Shown here: one piece after another, positions 10,921-21,142 of the stretch | Layout: each line of letters starts with the position of its first letter | Position numbering within the stretch: the stretch's first letter is position 1 | Source: Trichormus sp. ATA11-4-KO1 | Lineage (GTDB): Bacteria; Cyanobacteriota; Cyanobacteriia; Cyanobacteriales; Nostocaceae | Direction of reading: 5' to 3' | DNA: 64,000 bases | Assembly: GCA_019358915.1 (NCBI GenBank) | Contig: JAHHIM010000005.1 | Span: 1-64,000, forward strand | Notes under the pieces: generated by a model | The model's database searches: none | What the model was told of the DNA's origin: nothing | What the model saw: the letters and a program-made list of their open reading frames with translations, nothing else | Made by a program: the position numbers and the translations under genes

Positions 10921-12567
10921 CTACCTTAAACGGCCAGACCGCAAAATACTAATAATTAACCACAATCCCAATAGACTGGCGGCGGCAAACAGTACACTAC
11001 TTAAAAAAGATAGTTGATTTGTCTGGGCCTTGGTGGAAATAATTGCTGCTCCCATAATTAGGGAACCCACCAAAATACTAAAAGATAAGCGGTTAGCAGC
11101 ATCGTCCATAGTCCGCCGCACACCATCTAAACCACGCAATGAAAGATTCCACTGTAAGGTTTCTGAGGTGACTCGATCTAATAACAGTTCAATTTGACGG
11201 GGGGATTGTAATGATAGACTTTTAATATCTAGTGCTGTTCTTAAGAGCGATCGCACTGGATTATCACCCAATAATTGCCGACGAAACAAGTCTGTAATTA
11301 AAGGCTTGATTTCATCAAATAGATTAACCTCTGGGTTGAATGTCCGGGCTACCCCTTCTAAATTGGCCAAGGTTTTAGCATATAAGCCCATGTTGCCAGG
11401 TAAACGAATTTTATTGTTGCGAGCAACTTGCAAAATTTCATAAATTACATGACTGAAATTAATTTCAGTCAAGCTGACATTATGATATTTTCGCAACATG
11501 CGATCGTAATCATTTTCTAACCGTGCCATAATTACTGGTTGAGGAGAATCTGCTAACTGCAAAGTTAACTGAGCGCAACGTCCCCCATCTAAGTCAATAA
11601 TTGCCAACAGCAGTTCTGTTAATATTTGCTGTGTGCGGGGATCAAGTCTTCCCACCATCCCACAATCTAAAAGAGCAACGCGACCATCATGGAGATAAAA
11701 TAAATTCCCAGGATGGGGATCAGCATGAAAGAAGCCATCAATATATAGTTGCTGAAAGAAAGCTCGAAATAGTAAAGTTGTGATCGCTTTGCGTTTTGTG
11801 TAAGTGTTACTGTCGTTTTGATCGCTACTCAAATTTGCTGACAGCAGAGGTACACCATCCAGCCATTCCATCACCAATAACTTCTCAGTAGTCAAGTTCC
11901 AGAAGATTTCTGCAACGACAATTTGTGTAGGATCAAACCAGCGACTACGGGATAAATTACGTCGCAACTCATCTGTAAAACCAGCTTCCCGTGTAAAATC
12001 CAACTCATCTTCTAAGGCTTTGGTAAATTCTTCAGCGATGGATTTGATTTCGTAGGTTTGCCCAAAATCGGTACGCGCTACTAAATCAGCAATACCTTGA
12101 ATTAAGGCGATATCTTGGGCAACTGTGATATCAATTCCCGGACGTTGCACCTTAAGAGCAACTTCTCGACCATCTGCTAATGTGGCTCGATGGGTTTGGG
12201 CAATTGATCCCGCAGCTACTGGGACAGGGTTAACTATGCTGAAGGTTTCTTCCAGAGGACGTTTTAGTTGCTTGCGAATAACTACTTCTACTTCTGTCCA
12301 GGGAACTGGCGGTACTTCGTCTTGCAGAGTAGAGAGTTCCTCAATATAAGCAGCATTGAGTAAATCTGGGCGGGTAGAAAGTAGTTGACCGAGTTTGACA
12401 TAAACTGGCCCCAAATCTACCAGGATATTTTTTAAGACCGCAGGTGTAGGTAGCTGAGGTTCATCAGCTTTACCACCAGTAAGCAGCCTTCGCATATAAT
12501 CCCAGCCATTGCGAAGGACTACTTCAATAATTTCTCTTTGACGGGGAACAGTTTGGGTGAGGAACAT
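10921..12567 (-). CDS. ABC1/UbiB/AarF family atypical kinase
   Basis: KLGQ, AAGSIAQTH, VALKVQRP, HADPHPGN, LLDCGMVG. Likely start ATG 12567; the upstream extension is repeat-derived. Confidence 0.9.
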   Translation of the reverse strand: MFLTQTVPRQREIIEVVLRNGWDYMRRLLTGGKADEPQLPTPAVLKNILVDLGPVYVKLGQLLSTRPDLLNAAYIEELSTLQDEVPPVPWTEVEVVIRKQLKRPLEETFSIVNPVPVAAGSIAQTHRATLADGREVALKVQRPGIDITVAQDIALIQGIADLVARTDFGQTYEIKSIAEEFTKALEDELDFTREAGFTDELRRNLSRSRWFDPTQIVVAEIFWNLTTEKLLVMEWLDGVPLLSANLSSDQNDSNTYTKRKAITTLLFRAFFQQLYIDGFFHADPHPGNLFYLHDGRVALLDCGMVGRLDPRTQQILTELLLAIIDLDGGRCAQLTLQLADSPQPVIMARLENDYDRMLRKYHNVSLTEINFSHVIYEILQVARNNKIRLPGNMGLYAKTLANLEGVARTFNPEVNLFDEIKPLITDLFRRQLLGDNPVRSLLRTALDIKSLSLQSPRQIELLLDRVTSETLQWNLSLRGLDGVRRTMDDAANRLSFSILVGSLIMGAAIISTKAQTNQLSFLSSVLFAAASLLGLWLIISILRSGRLR

Positions 12568-12569
12568 TT

Positions 12570-12685
12570 TGGGGAATGGGGGGATGGGGAGATGGGGGGG
12601 ATGGGGAGATGGGGGGATGGGGGGATGGGGGGATTGAGGTAGCATTTTTCCCCTTGTCCCCTTGTCCCTTTGTCTCCTTGTCCCT
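12570..12685. repeat. Low-complexity tandem repeats (GGGGATGGG-type and TTGTCCC)
   Basis: Directly visible arrays between manC and the ABC1 kinase. Confidence 0.8.
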
Positions 12686-12763
12686 AAAACAGACATTAAA
12701 GTTATAATAGAGGCAACAATCCTTAAGCCTCTGTCAAGGGTTTTAACTTTTACAGCTTAATAG

Positions 12764-13828
12764 TTACAACAGTTGAGTGAATCGGGGATCGTTTTCGAGG
12801 GTTTTGAGAATCTGCTTAATCTCTTGAGTCCGGTCTTTGTTGACAACGAGGGTGACATTGCGATCGCGCACAATCACCACATCCTCTAAACCAATAGTAA
12901 CAATTACATCTTCAGAATTAGTAGCATAGATAATAGCCCCCTGGGTATCCAATCCCACATGGGTAGCGAGTTCTACATTGGCAGTCTCTGCTTTTTTCAG
13001 CAAGCGCTCAAGTGCATTCCAGTCTCCTAAATCATCCCAACCAAATTCTACTGGCAAGACATATGCTAAATTTGTCTTTTCCATGAGTGCATAGTCTATA
13101 CTCTTTTTAGGCAACTGAGGATAAACATCAGGACCTTGTTTTGCTAATGGTTCGATGATTTCTGGTGCATGGGTATATAGTTCCTTGAGAACGACTCCAG
13201 CCCGAAACACGAACATGCCACTATTCCAGCTAAAACGCCCCGTAGATAAAAAAGTTTCTGCTGTTTCACGGTTGGGCTTTTCAGTAAAGCGGTTGACGTG
13301 ATAGGCTGGCAAATCATTAAAGCTACCAATCTTTTCGCCTTGTTCAATGTAGCCGTAACCAGTTGATGGGAAAGTAGGTTTGATCCCCAGAGTGACAATC
13401 GCTTCCGTGTTTGCCGCTAATTGGGTAGCAGCGCTTAAGGTGCGTAAAAACGCTTTTTGGTCAGCTATCCAATGATCAGAGGGAAAAAAGCCGATGATAG
13501 CGTCTTCACCGTAACGCTTTTTAATTTCCAAACTTGTCCAGGCAACAGCTGCTGCGGTGTCTCTTCCCTGTGACTCAATTAGTAAATTTTGAGATGGCAA
13601 TTTAGGTAGTTGTTGTCTTACACCTTCGGCTATCTGATTAGAAGTAATGACCCACAAGTCATCCCAAGCACTTGTAACTGCTAACAATCGATCAGCAGTT
13701 GCTTGTAATAGACTTCTAGAGCTACCATCAAGACTTAAAAATTGCTTAGGTCTGTCTCGGCGACTGAGAGGCCAAAAACGTTCACCTTTGCCACCGGCCA
13801 GAATTACTGGGAACAATGAATTATTCAT
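12764..13828 (-). CDS. manC: Mannose-1-phosphate guanylyltransferase
   Basis: ILAGGKGERFWPLSR..PKQF, TGYGYIE, FTEKP, SIDYALMEK, WDDLGDW. ORF open from 13840. Confidence 0.9.
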   Translation of the reverse strand: MNNSLFPVILAGGKGERFWPLSRRDRPKQFLSLDGSSRSLLQATADRLLAVTSAWDDLWVITSNQIAEGVRQQLPKLPSQNLLIESQGRDTAAAVAWTSLEIKKRYGEDAIIGFFPSDHWIADQKAFLRTLSAATQLAANTEAIVTLGIKPTFPSTGYGYIEQGEKIGSFNDLPAYHVNRFTEKPNRETAETFLSTGRFSWNSGMFVFRAGVVLKELYTHAPEIIEPLAKQGPDVYPQLPKKSIDYALMEKTNLAYVLPVEFGWDDLGDWNALERLLKKAETANVELATHVGLDTQGAIIYATNSEDVIVTIGLEDVVIVRDRNVTLVVNKDRTQEIKQILKTLENDPRFTQLL

Positions 13829-13944
13829 GTTGTCATACACACCTAGGTCAGATCACTATAAGTGTACAGTGACCTTTTCCCCTGGCAAGATTTGTGGCTT
13901 CGATTAACATACCTTTAGGGAGTGGTTGAGTGGGGAGATAATTT

Positions 13945-15453
13945 GTGATTAAACAATTTCAATGGTCAGAAAATCAGGTCACGCCTCAACAAGTACCAGA
14001 CTTAGAACTGGAAGAAAAACCTCAACAAGTACAATGGGCAGAAAATGAACTAGGAATTCAACAGCCATCACCATCAGAACTAGAGATAGTACCGCATCAG
14101 CCAGGAACTATTTCTCGTAGTGTTGTTGAGTCTGTGGGTGCTATACCCAACGAGCTTTACGAAAGATTAGGCTTGGCCATGCCTCGATGGCTACTGTGGA
14201 CATTAACAGTAGTTGTGGGGATCGTTTTATCTGGTCTGCTGGTATCGACTTTGGCGCTGTGGACTCCTTTGTGGAGCAATCTGGATCGAACAGATGAAGA
14301 ATTAGGATTTTCTGGTAAAGATGAGCAGAAAATGCCATTACCTGGAGAATTATGGGGCAAAATTTCCCAGTATAAGCTCTCTCGACCGATGAATATCCTG
14401 ATTATGGGCATTGATCCTGTCCCAGGTACTGTTGATGGCTCACCAGAAAGTTTTGCTGGTACAAGCGATAGCATGTTGCTGGTACGGCTTGACCCCAGTA
14501 ATAAATCGATGCGGGTGCTTTCGATTCCGAGGGATACAATGATTGCTCTCCCCGAACAAGGATTAACTAAGGTATCTGATGCTAATGCTCAAGGTGGCCC
14601 AGTATTGGCAGCCAGAGTAGTCAGCCGTACCTTAAATAATGCTCCCATCCATCGTTACGTCCGTATTTCTACTAGTGGCTTAAGGCAGTTAGTTGACCAA
14701 TTAGGTGGTGTAGAGGTTTTTGTTCCTCAAGAAATGGCATATCAAGACACCAGCAGTCAGTTGTCGATTAATTTAGTCAGTGGATGGCAAACCCTTAACG
14801 GAGAACAAGCAGAACAATTTGCCCGGTTCCGTGAACCAGGACTAGGTGATCTACCCAGAGTGCAACGACAGCAAGCACTAATGACAGCTTTACTGCAACG
14901 CCTCAATAGTCCTACTGTTTTACCTAGACTGCCTCAATTAACCCGCCTCATGCGGAAGTATTTTGATACAAACCTCAAAATAGAAGAAATGATGGCTTTG
15001 GTGAATTTTTCCGTGAACCTGGAACGGGATAATTTCCAAATGACTATTTTGCCTGGTACGTTCAGCCGATTCAGTAAAGATCCTAATAGTTATTGGTTGA
15101 ATTTAACTGGTCAACAAACTCTATTGAATAATTATGTTGGGGTGGATGTACCTGGTCTTAAACCAGATGTGCGTCCAGTTCATAACCTCAAAATTGCTAT
15201 TCAAAACGCTTCTAATCAACCTCAGCTAACTGAAAAAGTTATTACCTATCTCAAACAAAAAGGTTTCACGAATGTTTATGCGGTGTCAGATTGGCCTGAT
15301 ACCCAACGGCAAACTCAAATTCTTGTGCAAAAAGGGAACCGACGACCAGGAGTTGAATTACAAGAGATCATTGGCTTAGGTCAAATCTACGTGTCAGCAA
15401 CTGGGGATTTGGAATCTGATCTCACCATCCGTATCGGTAAAGATTGGAAATAG
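13945..15453 (+). CDS. LCP (LytR-CpsA-Psr) family protein with LytR_C domain
   Basis: TM helix, SDSMLL, SIPRDT, FARFR, RVQRQQ; C-terminal LytR_C-like DLTIRIGKDW. Confidence 0.9.
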   Translation: MIKQFQWSENQVTPQQVPDLELEEKPQQVQWAENELGIQQPSPSELEIVPHQPGTISRSVVESVGAIPNELYERLGLAMPRWLLWTLTVVVGIVLSGLLVSTLALWTPLWSNLDRTDEELGFSGKDEQKMPLPGELWGKISQYKLSRPMNILIMGIDPVPGTVDGSPESFAGTSDSMLLVRLDPSNKSMRVLSIPRDTMIALPEQGLTKVSDANAQGGPVLAARVVSRTLNNAPIHRYVRISTSGLRQLVDQLGGVEVFVPQEMAYQDTSSQLSINLVSGWQTLNGEQAEQFARFREPGLGDLPRVQRQQALMTALLQRLNSPTVLPRLPQLTRLMRKYFDTNLKIEEMMALVNFSVNLERDNFQMTILPGTFSRFSKDPNSYWLNLTGQQTLLNNYVGVDVPGLKPDVRPVHNLKIAIQNASNQPQLTEKVITYLKQKGFTNVYAVSDWPDTQRQTQILVQKGNRRPGVELQEIIGLGQIYVSATGDLESDLTIRIGKDWK

Positions 15454-15549
15454 TGACTGCTGAGTGCTGAGGATGAAAAAATACAATAATTTCTTTACTA
15501 TTTATTCATCACTCTTTACTCAGTACTATTGACATGATTATTTAAAGTT

Positions 15550-16056
15550 ATGAAAAAGTTTTTACTGAAATTGTTAAGTTTGCTTATGATTGTGATTTTG
15601 GCTTGGTTATGGGTGATAATTAATCCTCAACCAGCTGTTGCTCAAATCAACACAATCAACTACAGCAATGGCAGTTTACAGAATCGTGACTTTTCCCATA
15701 CTGATTTGGCAGGTGGGACTTTTGTGGCGGCGGAAATGCGGGGTGCAAACTTTCAAGGCGCAAATTTAACTAACGCGATTCTCACTAAGGGAGTTTTACT
15801 AAAAGCCAATTTGGCAGGTGCAAACCTCACCGGCGCTTTGGTGGATCGCGTGACGTTGGATGGCGCAAACCTGAAAAATGCCAACTTTACAGAAGCGACT
15901 ATGACACGTAGCCGTTTTTATGATGCGGACATTACAGGTGCTGATTTTACTGATGCTTTGATAGACCGCTATCAAATAGCTTTAATGTGCGATCGCGCTG
16001 ATGGGATTAACCCTGTAACTGGTGTGGCGACACGGGATAGTTTGGGGTGTAAGTAA
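15550..16056 (+). CDS. Pentapeptide repeat protein (secreted/lumenal)
   Basis: Signal peptide, A(N/D)(L/F)xx repeats, C-terminal NPVTGVATRDSLGC. Confidence 0.9.
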   Translation: MKKFLLKLLSLLMIVILAWLWVIINPQPAVAQINTINYSNGSLQNRDFSHTDLAGGTFVAAEMRGANFQGANLTNAILTKGVLLKANLAGANLTGALVDRVTLDGANLKNANFTEATMTRSRFYDADITGADFTDALIDRYQIALMCDRADGINPVTGVATRDSLGCK

Positions 16057-16110
16057 TTCGTAATGCCTCTTTCAGAGGAGCTTCGCTAACGTAATTCGTA
16101 ATTCGTAATT
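16054..16110. repeat. TAATTCG STRR array carrying a 26-bp insert
   Basis: Insert TGCCTCTTTCAGAGGAGCTTCGCTAA at 16064-16089. Confidence 0.8.
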
Positions 16111-16194
16111 AATCAAAAAATACCTGACATCCTTCTAAAATTTAGGTTAAATGTTTCAGATATGCACTCTGCAAGAGTTGTCAGGTAATATTTA

Positions 16195-17799
16195 GTGACA
16201 CAACAAGACTCGAAACCCTCTCGTTCTTTCGCTGGGATTGCTGGCATTGTTGCCGCAGCCACATTAATTAGTAAAGTATTTGGTTTAGTGCGACAGCAGG
16301 CGATCGCAGCTGCATTTGGTGTGGGCGCTGCTGCTACTGCTTACAGCTACGCTTACATTATTCCTGGCTTTTTATTAATCCTGTTAGGTGGTGTAAATGG
16401 CCCATTACACAGTGCGGTTGTCAGCGTTTTAGCCAAGCGGAAGCAAGAAGAAGCCGCGCCTCTGGTAGAAACAGTAACAACTCTGGTGGGTGGATTACTG
16501 TTGCTGGTGACAGTAGGGCAGATTTTCTTTGCCGATGCGATCGTTGATATTGTCGGTCATGGTTTGCAACCAACAACCAGAGCGATCGCTATTCAACAAA
16601 TTCGCATTATGGCGCCAATGGCCTTATTTGCGGGCTTAATCGGCATCGGTTTCGGGACTCTCAATGCAGCTAATCAATATTGGTTACTCTCCATTAGTCC
16701 CTTATTATCCAGTGTGACTGTGATTGCGGGGATTGCCATCTTAACAGGGCAACTGGGTAGGGATATTATTAAGCCAGAATACGCCTTGATCGGTGGTATG
16801 GTTTTAGCTTGGGGAACCCTGGCTGGGGCAATTCTCCAATGGTTGGTGCAGCTAATTGTGCAGTGGCGCTTGGGATTAGGTACATTACACCTCCGGTTTA
16901 ACTTTAAATCTCCTGGCGTTCAAGAAGTCATTAGAATTATGACGCCGGCGACCATATCCTCTGGGATGATGCCTATTAATGTTGCCACTGACCTTTACTT
17001 TGCTAGCCCGATACCTGGTGCGGCGGCTGGCTTTAACTATGCCAATCTGTTAGTGCAAACTCCCTTAGGAATTATTTCTAATATTATTTTGCTGCCTCTA
17101 TTACCAATGTTTGCCAAATTGGCTGACCCAGAACATTGGCCAGACCTCAAATTACGTATTCGCCAAGGAATTTTGCTCACCGCCGTGACTATGCTACCTC
17201 TAGGGGCATTGATGGTGGTGCTATCTGTACCCATTGTTCAAGTAGTGTATGAACGGGGTGCTTTCAAACAAGAAGCTACACAGCTAGTTTCATCCCTATT
17301 GATTGCTTACGGTATTGGCATGTTTGCCTATTTGGGGCGTGATGTCTTGGTGCGGGTGTTTTATGCCTTGGGGGATGGACAGACACCTTTTCGTATCAGC
17401 ACCTTTAACATTTTTCTCAACATTTTATTAGATTGGATTTTGGTACGACCTTTTGGTGCTACTGGTATTGTCTTAGCCACAGTAGGTGTAAATTGCAGTT
17501 CTATTCTGATGCTGTTATGGTTACTTGATCGCAAACTCAATGGTTTACCTTGGCGTGAGTGGAGTGTGCCCATTTTGGGTTTGACTGGAGGTAGCATTGT
17601 TGCTGGATTTGCCAGTTTTGGGACTTTAGTTGGTTGTCAGCAGTTATTAGGTACAGAAGGCTTACTAATTCAACTGTTGCAGTTATGCGTATCCGGCTTA
17701 GTAGGAATCATCATATTTGCCATCATTGTCTCATGCATGAAAATACCAGAGGTCAATACTTTTGCCGTGCGAATGCGTCAAAAATTGTTGAAGAAATAA
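16195..17799 (+). CDS. murJ: Lipid II flippase MurJ
   Basis: ATLISKVFGLVRQ..AAAFG, YERGAF, RVFYALGDGQTP; many TM helices. Confidence 0.93.
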   Translation: MTQQDSKPSRSFAGIAGIVAAATLISKVFGLVRQQAIAAAFGVGAAATAYSYAYIIPGFLLILLGGVNGPLHSAVVSVLAKRKQEEAAPLVETVTTLVGGLLLLVTVGQIFFADAIVDIVGHGLQPTTRAIAIQQIRIMAPMALFAGLIGIGFGTLNAANQYWLLSISPLLSSVTVIAGIAILTGQLGRDIIKPEYALIGGMVLAWGTLAGAILQWLVQLIVQWRLGLGTLHLRFNFKSPGVQEVIRIMTPATISSGMMPINVATDLYFASPIPGAAAGFNYANLLVQTPLGIISNIILLPLLPMFAKLADPEHWPDLKLRIRQGILLTAVTMLPLGALMVVLSVPIVQVVYERGAFKQEATQLVSSLLIAYGIGMFAYLGRDVLVRVFYALGDGQTPFRISTFNIFLNILLDWILVRPFGATGIVLATVGVNCSSILMLLWLLDRKLNGLPWREWSVPILGLTGGSIVAGFASFGTLVGCQQLLGTEGLLIQLLQLCVSGLVGIIIFAIIVSCMKIPEVNTFAVRMRQKLLKK

Positions 17800-17837
17800 C
17801 TTGTATCGCTCCTAGAAAATACTCTTTCTTGGTGCTT

Positions 17838-18035
17838 AAAGCCCATGTATTTTTGTGTATGTTAGCCTACTATGTCGAGTGGCATATGCGTTCTCGTTTA
17901 GCTCCGATTTTATTTGATGAGGATGATTGGGAACAAGCTCAAATTCAACAAGAATCTATTGTCAAGGCAAATTCGAGTGATAGTGCTAAGGCCAAGGCTA
18001 GAAAAAAGCGTACCCTAGACGATTTACCAGTTCAG
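17838..18035 (+). pseudogene. IS1634-like transposase C-terminal fragment
   Basis: KAHVFLCMLAYYVEWHMRSRLAPILFDEDD...KAKARKKRTLDDLPVQ, with no start codon or N-terminal part. Confidence 0.7.
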
Positions 18036-18041
18036 GGAGAA

Positions 18042-18965
18042 TCAAATGGCAATATTATCGCCATCTTGTTGATTAATAACTAAGCGCAAAACCGATAATC
18101 CCAAAATTATCAAAAATAATACTAGTCCAATTGTGCAAGCATAGCTAATTTCTAAATTACTAAAAGCTTCCTCATATAAATAGTAAACAATCGTTTTGGA
18201 GCTATTGAGTGGCCCTCCTTGGGTCATAATGTAAACTTCTTCAAATACTTTGGTGGCAGAAATAGCTGAAATCACTGCCACTAGAGCTAAATACGGTTTC
18301 ATTAAAGGAACAGTAATATCCCAGTGTTTACGGATACCATCTGAACCATCAATAGCTGCGGCTTCATACACATCAGCAGGAATTGATTGCAACCCCGCTA
18401 AATAAATCACCATGTAATAGCCTAATCCCTTCCAGACAGTGACAGCCATGACGCTAGCAAGGGAAATTGGCACAATACCCAGCAGTTTAACTGGGCTAGT
18501 TAACCAAGGGATTCCTTCTGGAAAGATATTCAAGGTTTGGAGTAACTGATTAAGTAAACCATTTTCTGCATATAGCCATTTCCAAGCTATACCTGCAACT
18601 ACCATTGATATTACTACTGGTGTGTAGTAGGCGGCTCTAAACCAGTTCATCCCTCGCAGTTGCTGATTTACCAAAATTGCCAACCCCAAGGGAGCCATGA
18701 CTAAAATTGGTACGACACCCACAAGATAGAGAAAAGTGTTTTCTAACGTTTTCCAAAAAACTGAGTCTCTCCACAGGCGGAGGAAGTTACCAAAACCTAT
18801 CCATTGCGCTGGCTGGGAAAGGTCTTCGTAACTAGTGAAGCTGAGGTAAAACGCTTGTATTGCTGGCCAAAAAACTGTTAAACCCAAGAGGATTAAGGCT
18901 GGTAGCAAAAACAAGTAAGGAGTTAGGCGCTGTTTAATAAATTTTTGCGGCTTTAGTGGATTCAT
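18042..18965 (-). CDS. Carbohydrate ABC transporter permease (MalF/LacF type)
   Basis: EAA motif YEAAAIDGS; six TM segments. Confidence 0.9.
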   Translation of the reverse strand: MNPLKPQKFIKQRLTPYLFLLPALILLGLTVFWPAIQAFYLSFTSYEDLSQPAQWIGFGNFLRLWRDSVFWKTLENTFLYLVGVVPILVMAPLGLAILVNQQLRGMNWFRAAYYTPVVISMVVAGIAWKWLYAENGLLNQLLQTLNIFPEGIPWLTSPVKLLGIVPISLASVMAVTVWKGLGYYMVIYLAGLQSIPADVYEAAAIDGSDGIRKHWDITVPLMKPYLALVAVISAISATKVFEEVYIMTQGGPLNSSKTIVYYLYEEAFSNLEISYACTIGLVLFLIILGLSVLRLVINQQDGDNIAI

Positions 18966-19194
18966 ACAGGCATTTTATAGTTGATTTGGCGGATGAATTT
19001 CCCACCCACGATGAAAAAGCTAATTAATATTACACGAACATTTGTGCTTGATTAGCATAGGCTTTACTCACCCCAAGCATCGCGATTGTAGAGTTTTATC
19101 AAGTAATGCCTGGGGATGGGGGTAAATTTAAGCTTCAATGTTTTAAGGGCATCTATAGTTATGTTCCCAATTGATGAAACGGAGATCAACTGTG

Positions 19195-19854
19195 ATGGAA
19201 ACTGAAAACAACTTGCCAATTGAGCATCAAAATGTACCAGTCAATCACCGTGGATTACATGATTTTTTGTACGGTTCCGACGATGAACATAACGCCATTG
19301 AAGTGGCTGTAACTCCTAATTTGGCAAACAACGGCGCAGATATTATACCCTTGGAAACTTGGTGTGGAGCTTCCCAGAATGCCAAAATTGCTGGGGTTTA
19401 CGCAGTTTTAGATGCAAAACGCCAAACCCAGTACATTGGCTATTCCCGAAATGTGTTGCTTTCTCTGAACGGTCATGTTACCCAAAACGGCGAGCAAAAG
19501 TGTGCTTTTGTGCGCGTACAAATTTTTAAGTTTCCCAAACGTCAGGAAATGGAAGATTTACGAGATGCGTGGATAGCAGAACTCGACAGTATACCACCAG
19601 GTAATGATTCCGAGAGTGGAATGTGGGCTGGTACGATAGGCGAAGTTGCTAAGGCGGTAATGTCAGCAACAGAACGCCAAGCCTACGAGGAGAAAAAGCT
19701 GAAATTGCGGAAAGCAATGGCTGACACAACTCTCTCAAAAGAAGTGGAAACCGTGGATGCGAGTGAGGCGGAACGTCAGCGTCAACTCGAAGCGGCTGTG
19801 AAAAATGATGATTGGAGTGCAGTTATTGACGCGCAGACAGAGGAAACCAAATAG
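19195..19854 (+). CDS. GIY-YIG nuclease-like family protein
   Basis: GVYAV...QYIGYSRN and PPGN. ORF open from 19171. Confidence 0.75.
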   Translation: METENNLPIEHQNVPVNHRGLHDFLYGSDDEHNAIEVAVTPNLANNGADIIPLETWCGASQNAKIAGVYAVLDAKRQTQYIGYSRNVLLSLNGHVTQNGEQKCAFVRVQIFKFPKRQEMEDLRDAWIAELDSIPPGNDSESGMWAGTIGEVAKAVMSATERQAYEEKKLKLRKAMADTTLSKEVETVDASEAERQRQLEAAVKNDDWSAVIDAQTEETK

Positions 19855-19878
19855 AGGGGACAGATGACTGGTGACTGG

Positions 19879-19930
19879 CTTCGGCGTGAGCGTCAGCGTT
19901 CGACTGAGCGCTCACGCCGAAGTCCGAACG
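19879..19930. repeat. 28-bp dispersed repeat nested, inverted, inside a second copy
   Basis: 19897-19924 is the exact reverse complement of 20897-20924; the flanks are the split halves of a similar copy. Confidence 0.75.
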
Positions 19931-19954
19931 GTGACAGTATTTATGTGTAGGTAC

Positions 19955-20731
19955 TTAAATAGCAGAAATGGCACAAACTTGTAACCCAACAGGTGTGTTA
20001 ATAATCACAGATTCCACCCCAAATACTTGTGCTATGGAGTTGGGCGTGAGAACTTCTTCAGGTGTGCCAACTTCCCAAAGTTGACCTTGTTTTAATAAGG
20101 CAATGCGGGAGCTGTATCTTGCTGCTAAATTCAATTCGTGTACAACTGTGACAATAGTTAATTGCTGCTGTTGATTGAGGTTTTTGAGTAATTCCAAGAG
20201 TTGTAATTGATAGTTGATATCTAAATAAGTTGTGGGTTCATCTAACAGTAATACTTTTGGTTCTTGCGCTAATGCTAAAGCTAAAAAAGCGCGTTGTCTT
20301 TCACCGCCTGAGAGTTGTTCAACCAAGCGATCGCTCAATTTTTCTAGTTGCGTTTTTTGAATTGCGGCTTCTACTTTTTGTCGATCTACAATGTTTAATT
20401 CCCATTGCCACCAAGGTTGATGGGGTGTACGTCCTAAACTAACTAATTGTCTCACTGTTAACCCTACAGGAACCGTTTGTTGTTGTGGTAATAATGCTAG
20501 TTGCTGTGCCACTAAATGCGGAGGTTGAGAATGAATGGCTTTGCCATCGAGTAACACTGTTCCTTGCTGTGGCGAGAGAATACGACTGAGTAATTTGAGT
20601 AATGTAGACTTACCAGAACCATTGGCACCAACTAAACTTAACCATTCTCCCGTTTGTAGAGACAGGTTAATATCTTGGATAATGGGCAATGTGGTGTAAC
20701 CGCCAGTGAGATTTTGCAATTCAAGTGGCAT
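19955..20731 (-). CDS. Iron-siderophore/cobalamin ABC ATP-binding protein (FecE/FhuC type)
   Basis: GANGSGKS, LSGGERQR, LLLDEPTTYLD, HELNLAARY. Likely start ATG 20731. Confidence 0.88.
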   Translation of the reverse strand: MPLELQNLTGGYTTLPIIQDINLSLQTGEWLSLVGANGSGKSTLLKLLSRILSPQQGTVLLDGKAIHSQPPHLVAQQLALLPQQQTVPVGLTVRQLVSLGRTPHQPWWQWELNIVDRQKVEAAIQKTQLEKLSDRLVEQLSGGERQRAFLALALAQEPKVLLLDEPTTYLDINYQLQLLELLKNLNQQQQLTIVTVVHELNLAARYSSRIALLKQGQLWEVGTPEEVLTPNSIAQVFGVESVIINTPVGLQVCAISAI

Positions 20732-20851
20732 TTGAGGAATTAAAAATTTAGCAACCTTACTGTTTATATACAAATATCTTGCACTTGACCAATATGCCGC
20801 CAAAAAATTTATTTCTTGGCTAATAGCCATATTAAACGTAATTTATTTTTT

Positions 20852-20973
20852 GGCGTTGCTGAATCAATCAAGGGATGATTCTTGTAGGGTGGGCAAGACT
20901 TCGGCGTGAGCGCTCAGTCGAACGCTGCCCATTCCACAAAACCAGCAAAATCATCCCGCAAATATACAACGCC
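20852..20973. mobile_element. MITE-like element containing a REP-like hairpin and a small repeat
   Basis: Termini GGCGTTG / CAACGCC; inner IR GGGATGATT / AATCATCCC; GTAGGGTGGGCA...TGCCC hairpin. Confidence 0.6.
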
Positions 20974-21142
20974 TATTTTTTTTGAACGAATCATTTCAAT
21001 TCGTTTTATCTGTTGAGAGAGATAGAACGAACTAACTTAGGTTGTAATTAATGATGCTTACATAATCTTTCCTATGGTTGATGTTTGTAATGTCTATATT
21101 TTGGAAGCTTAATGAATAGGTTCGCTTAGGGATGGAAAAACA

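Noticed and set aside
12568..12696. Pro-rich N-terminal extension of the ABC1 kinase
   Set aside because: It is a translation of low-complexity tandem repeats; ATG 12567 is the likelier start.
17634..18083. 149-aa ORF as a real gene
   Set aside because: It overlaps murJ out of frame and the permease end; only the middle part is a transposase remnant.
19195..19854. GIY-YIG, DUF29 and Uma2 genes as a defence system
   Set aside because: They are scattered and are common cyanobacterial families, with no partner genes.
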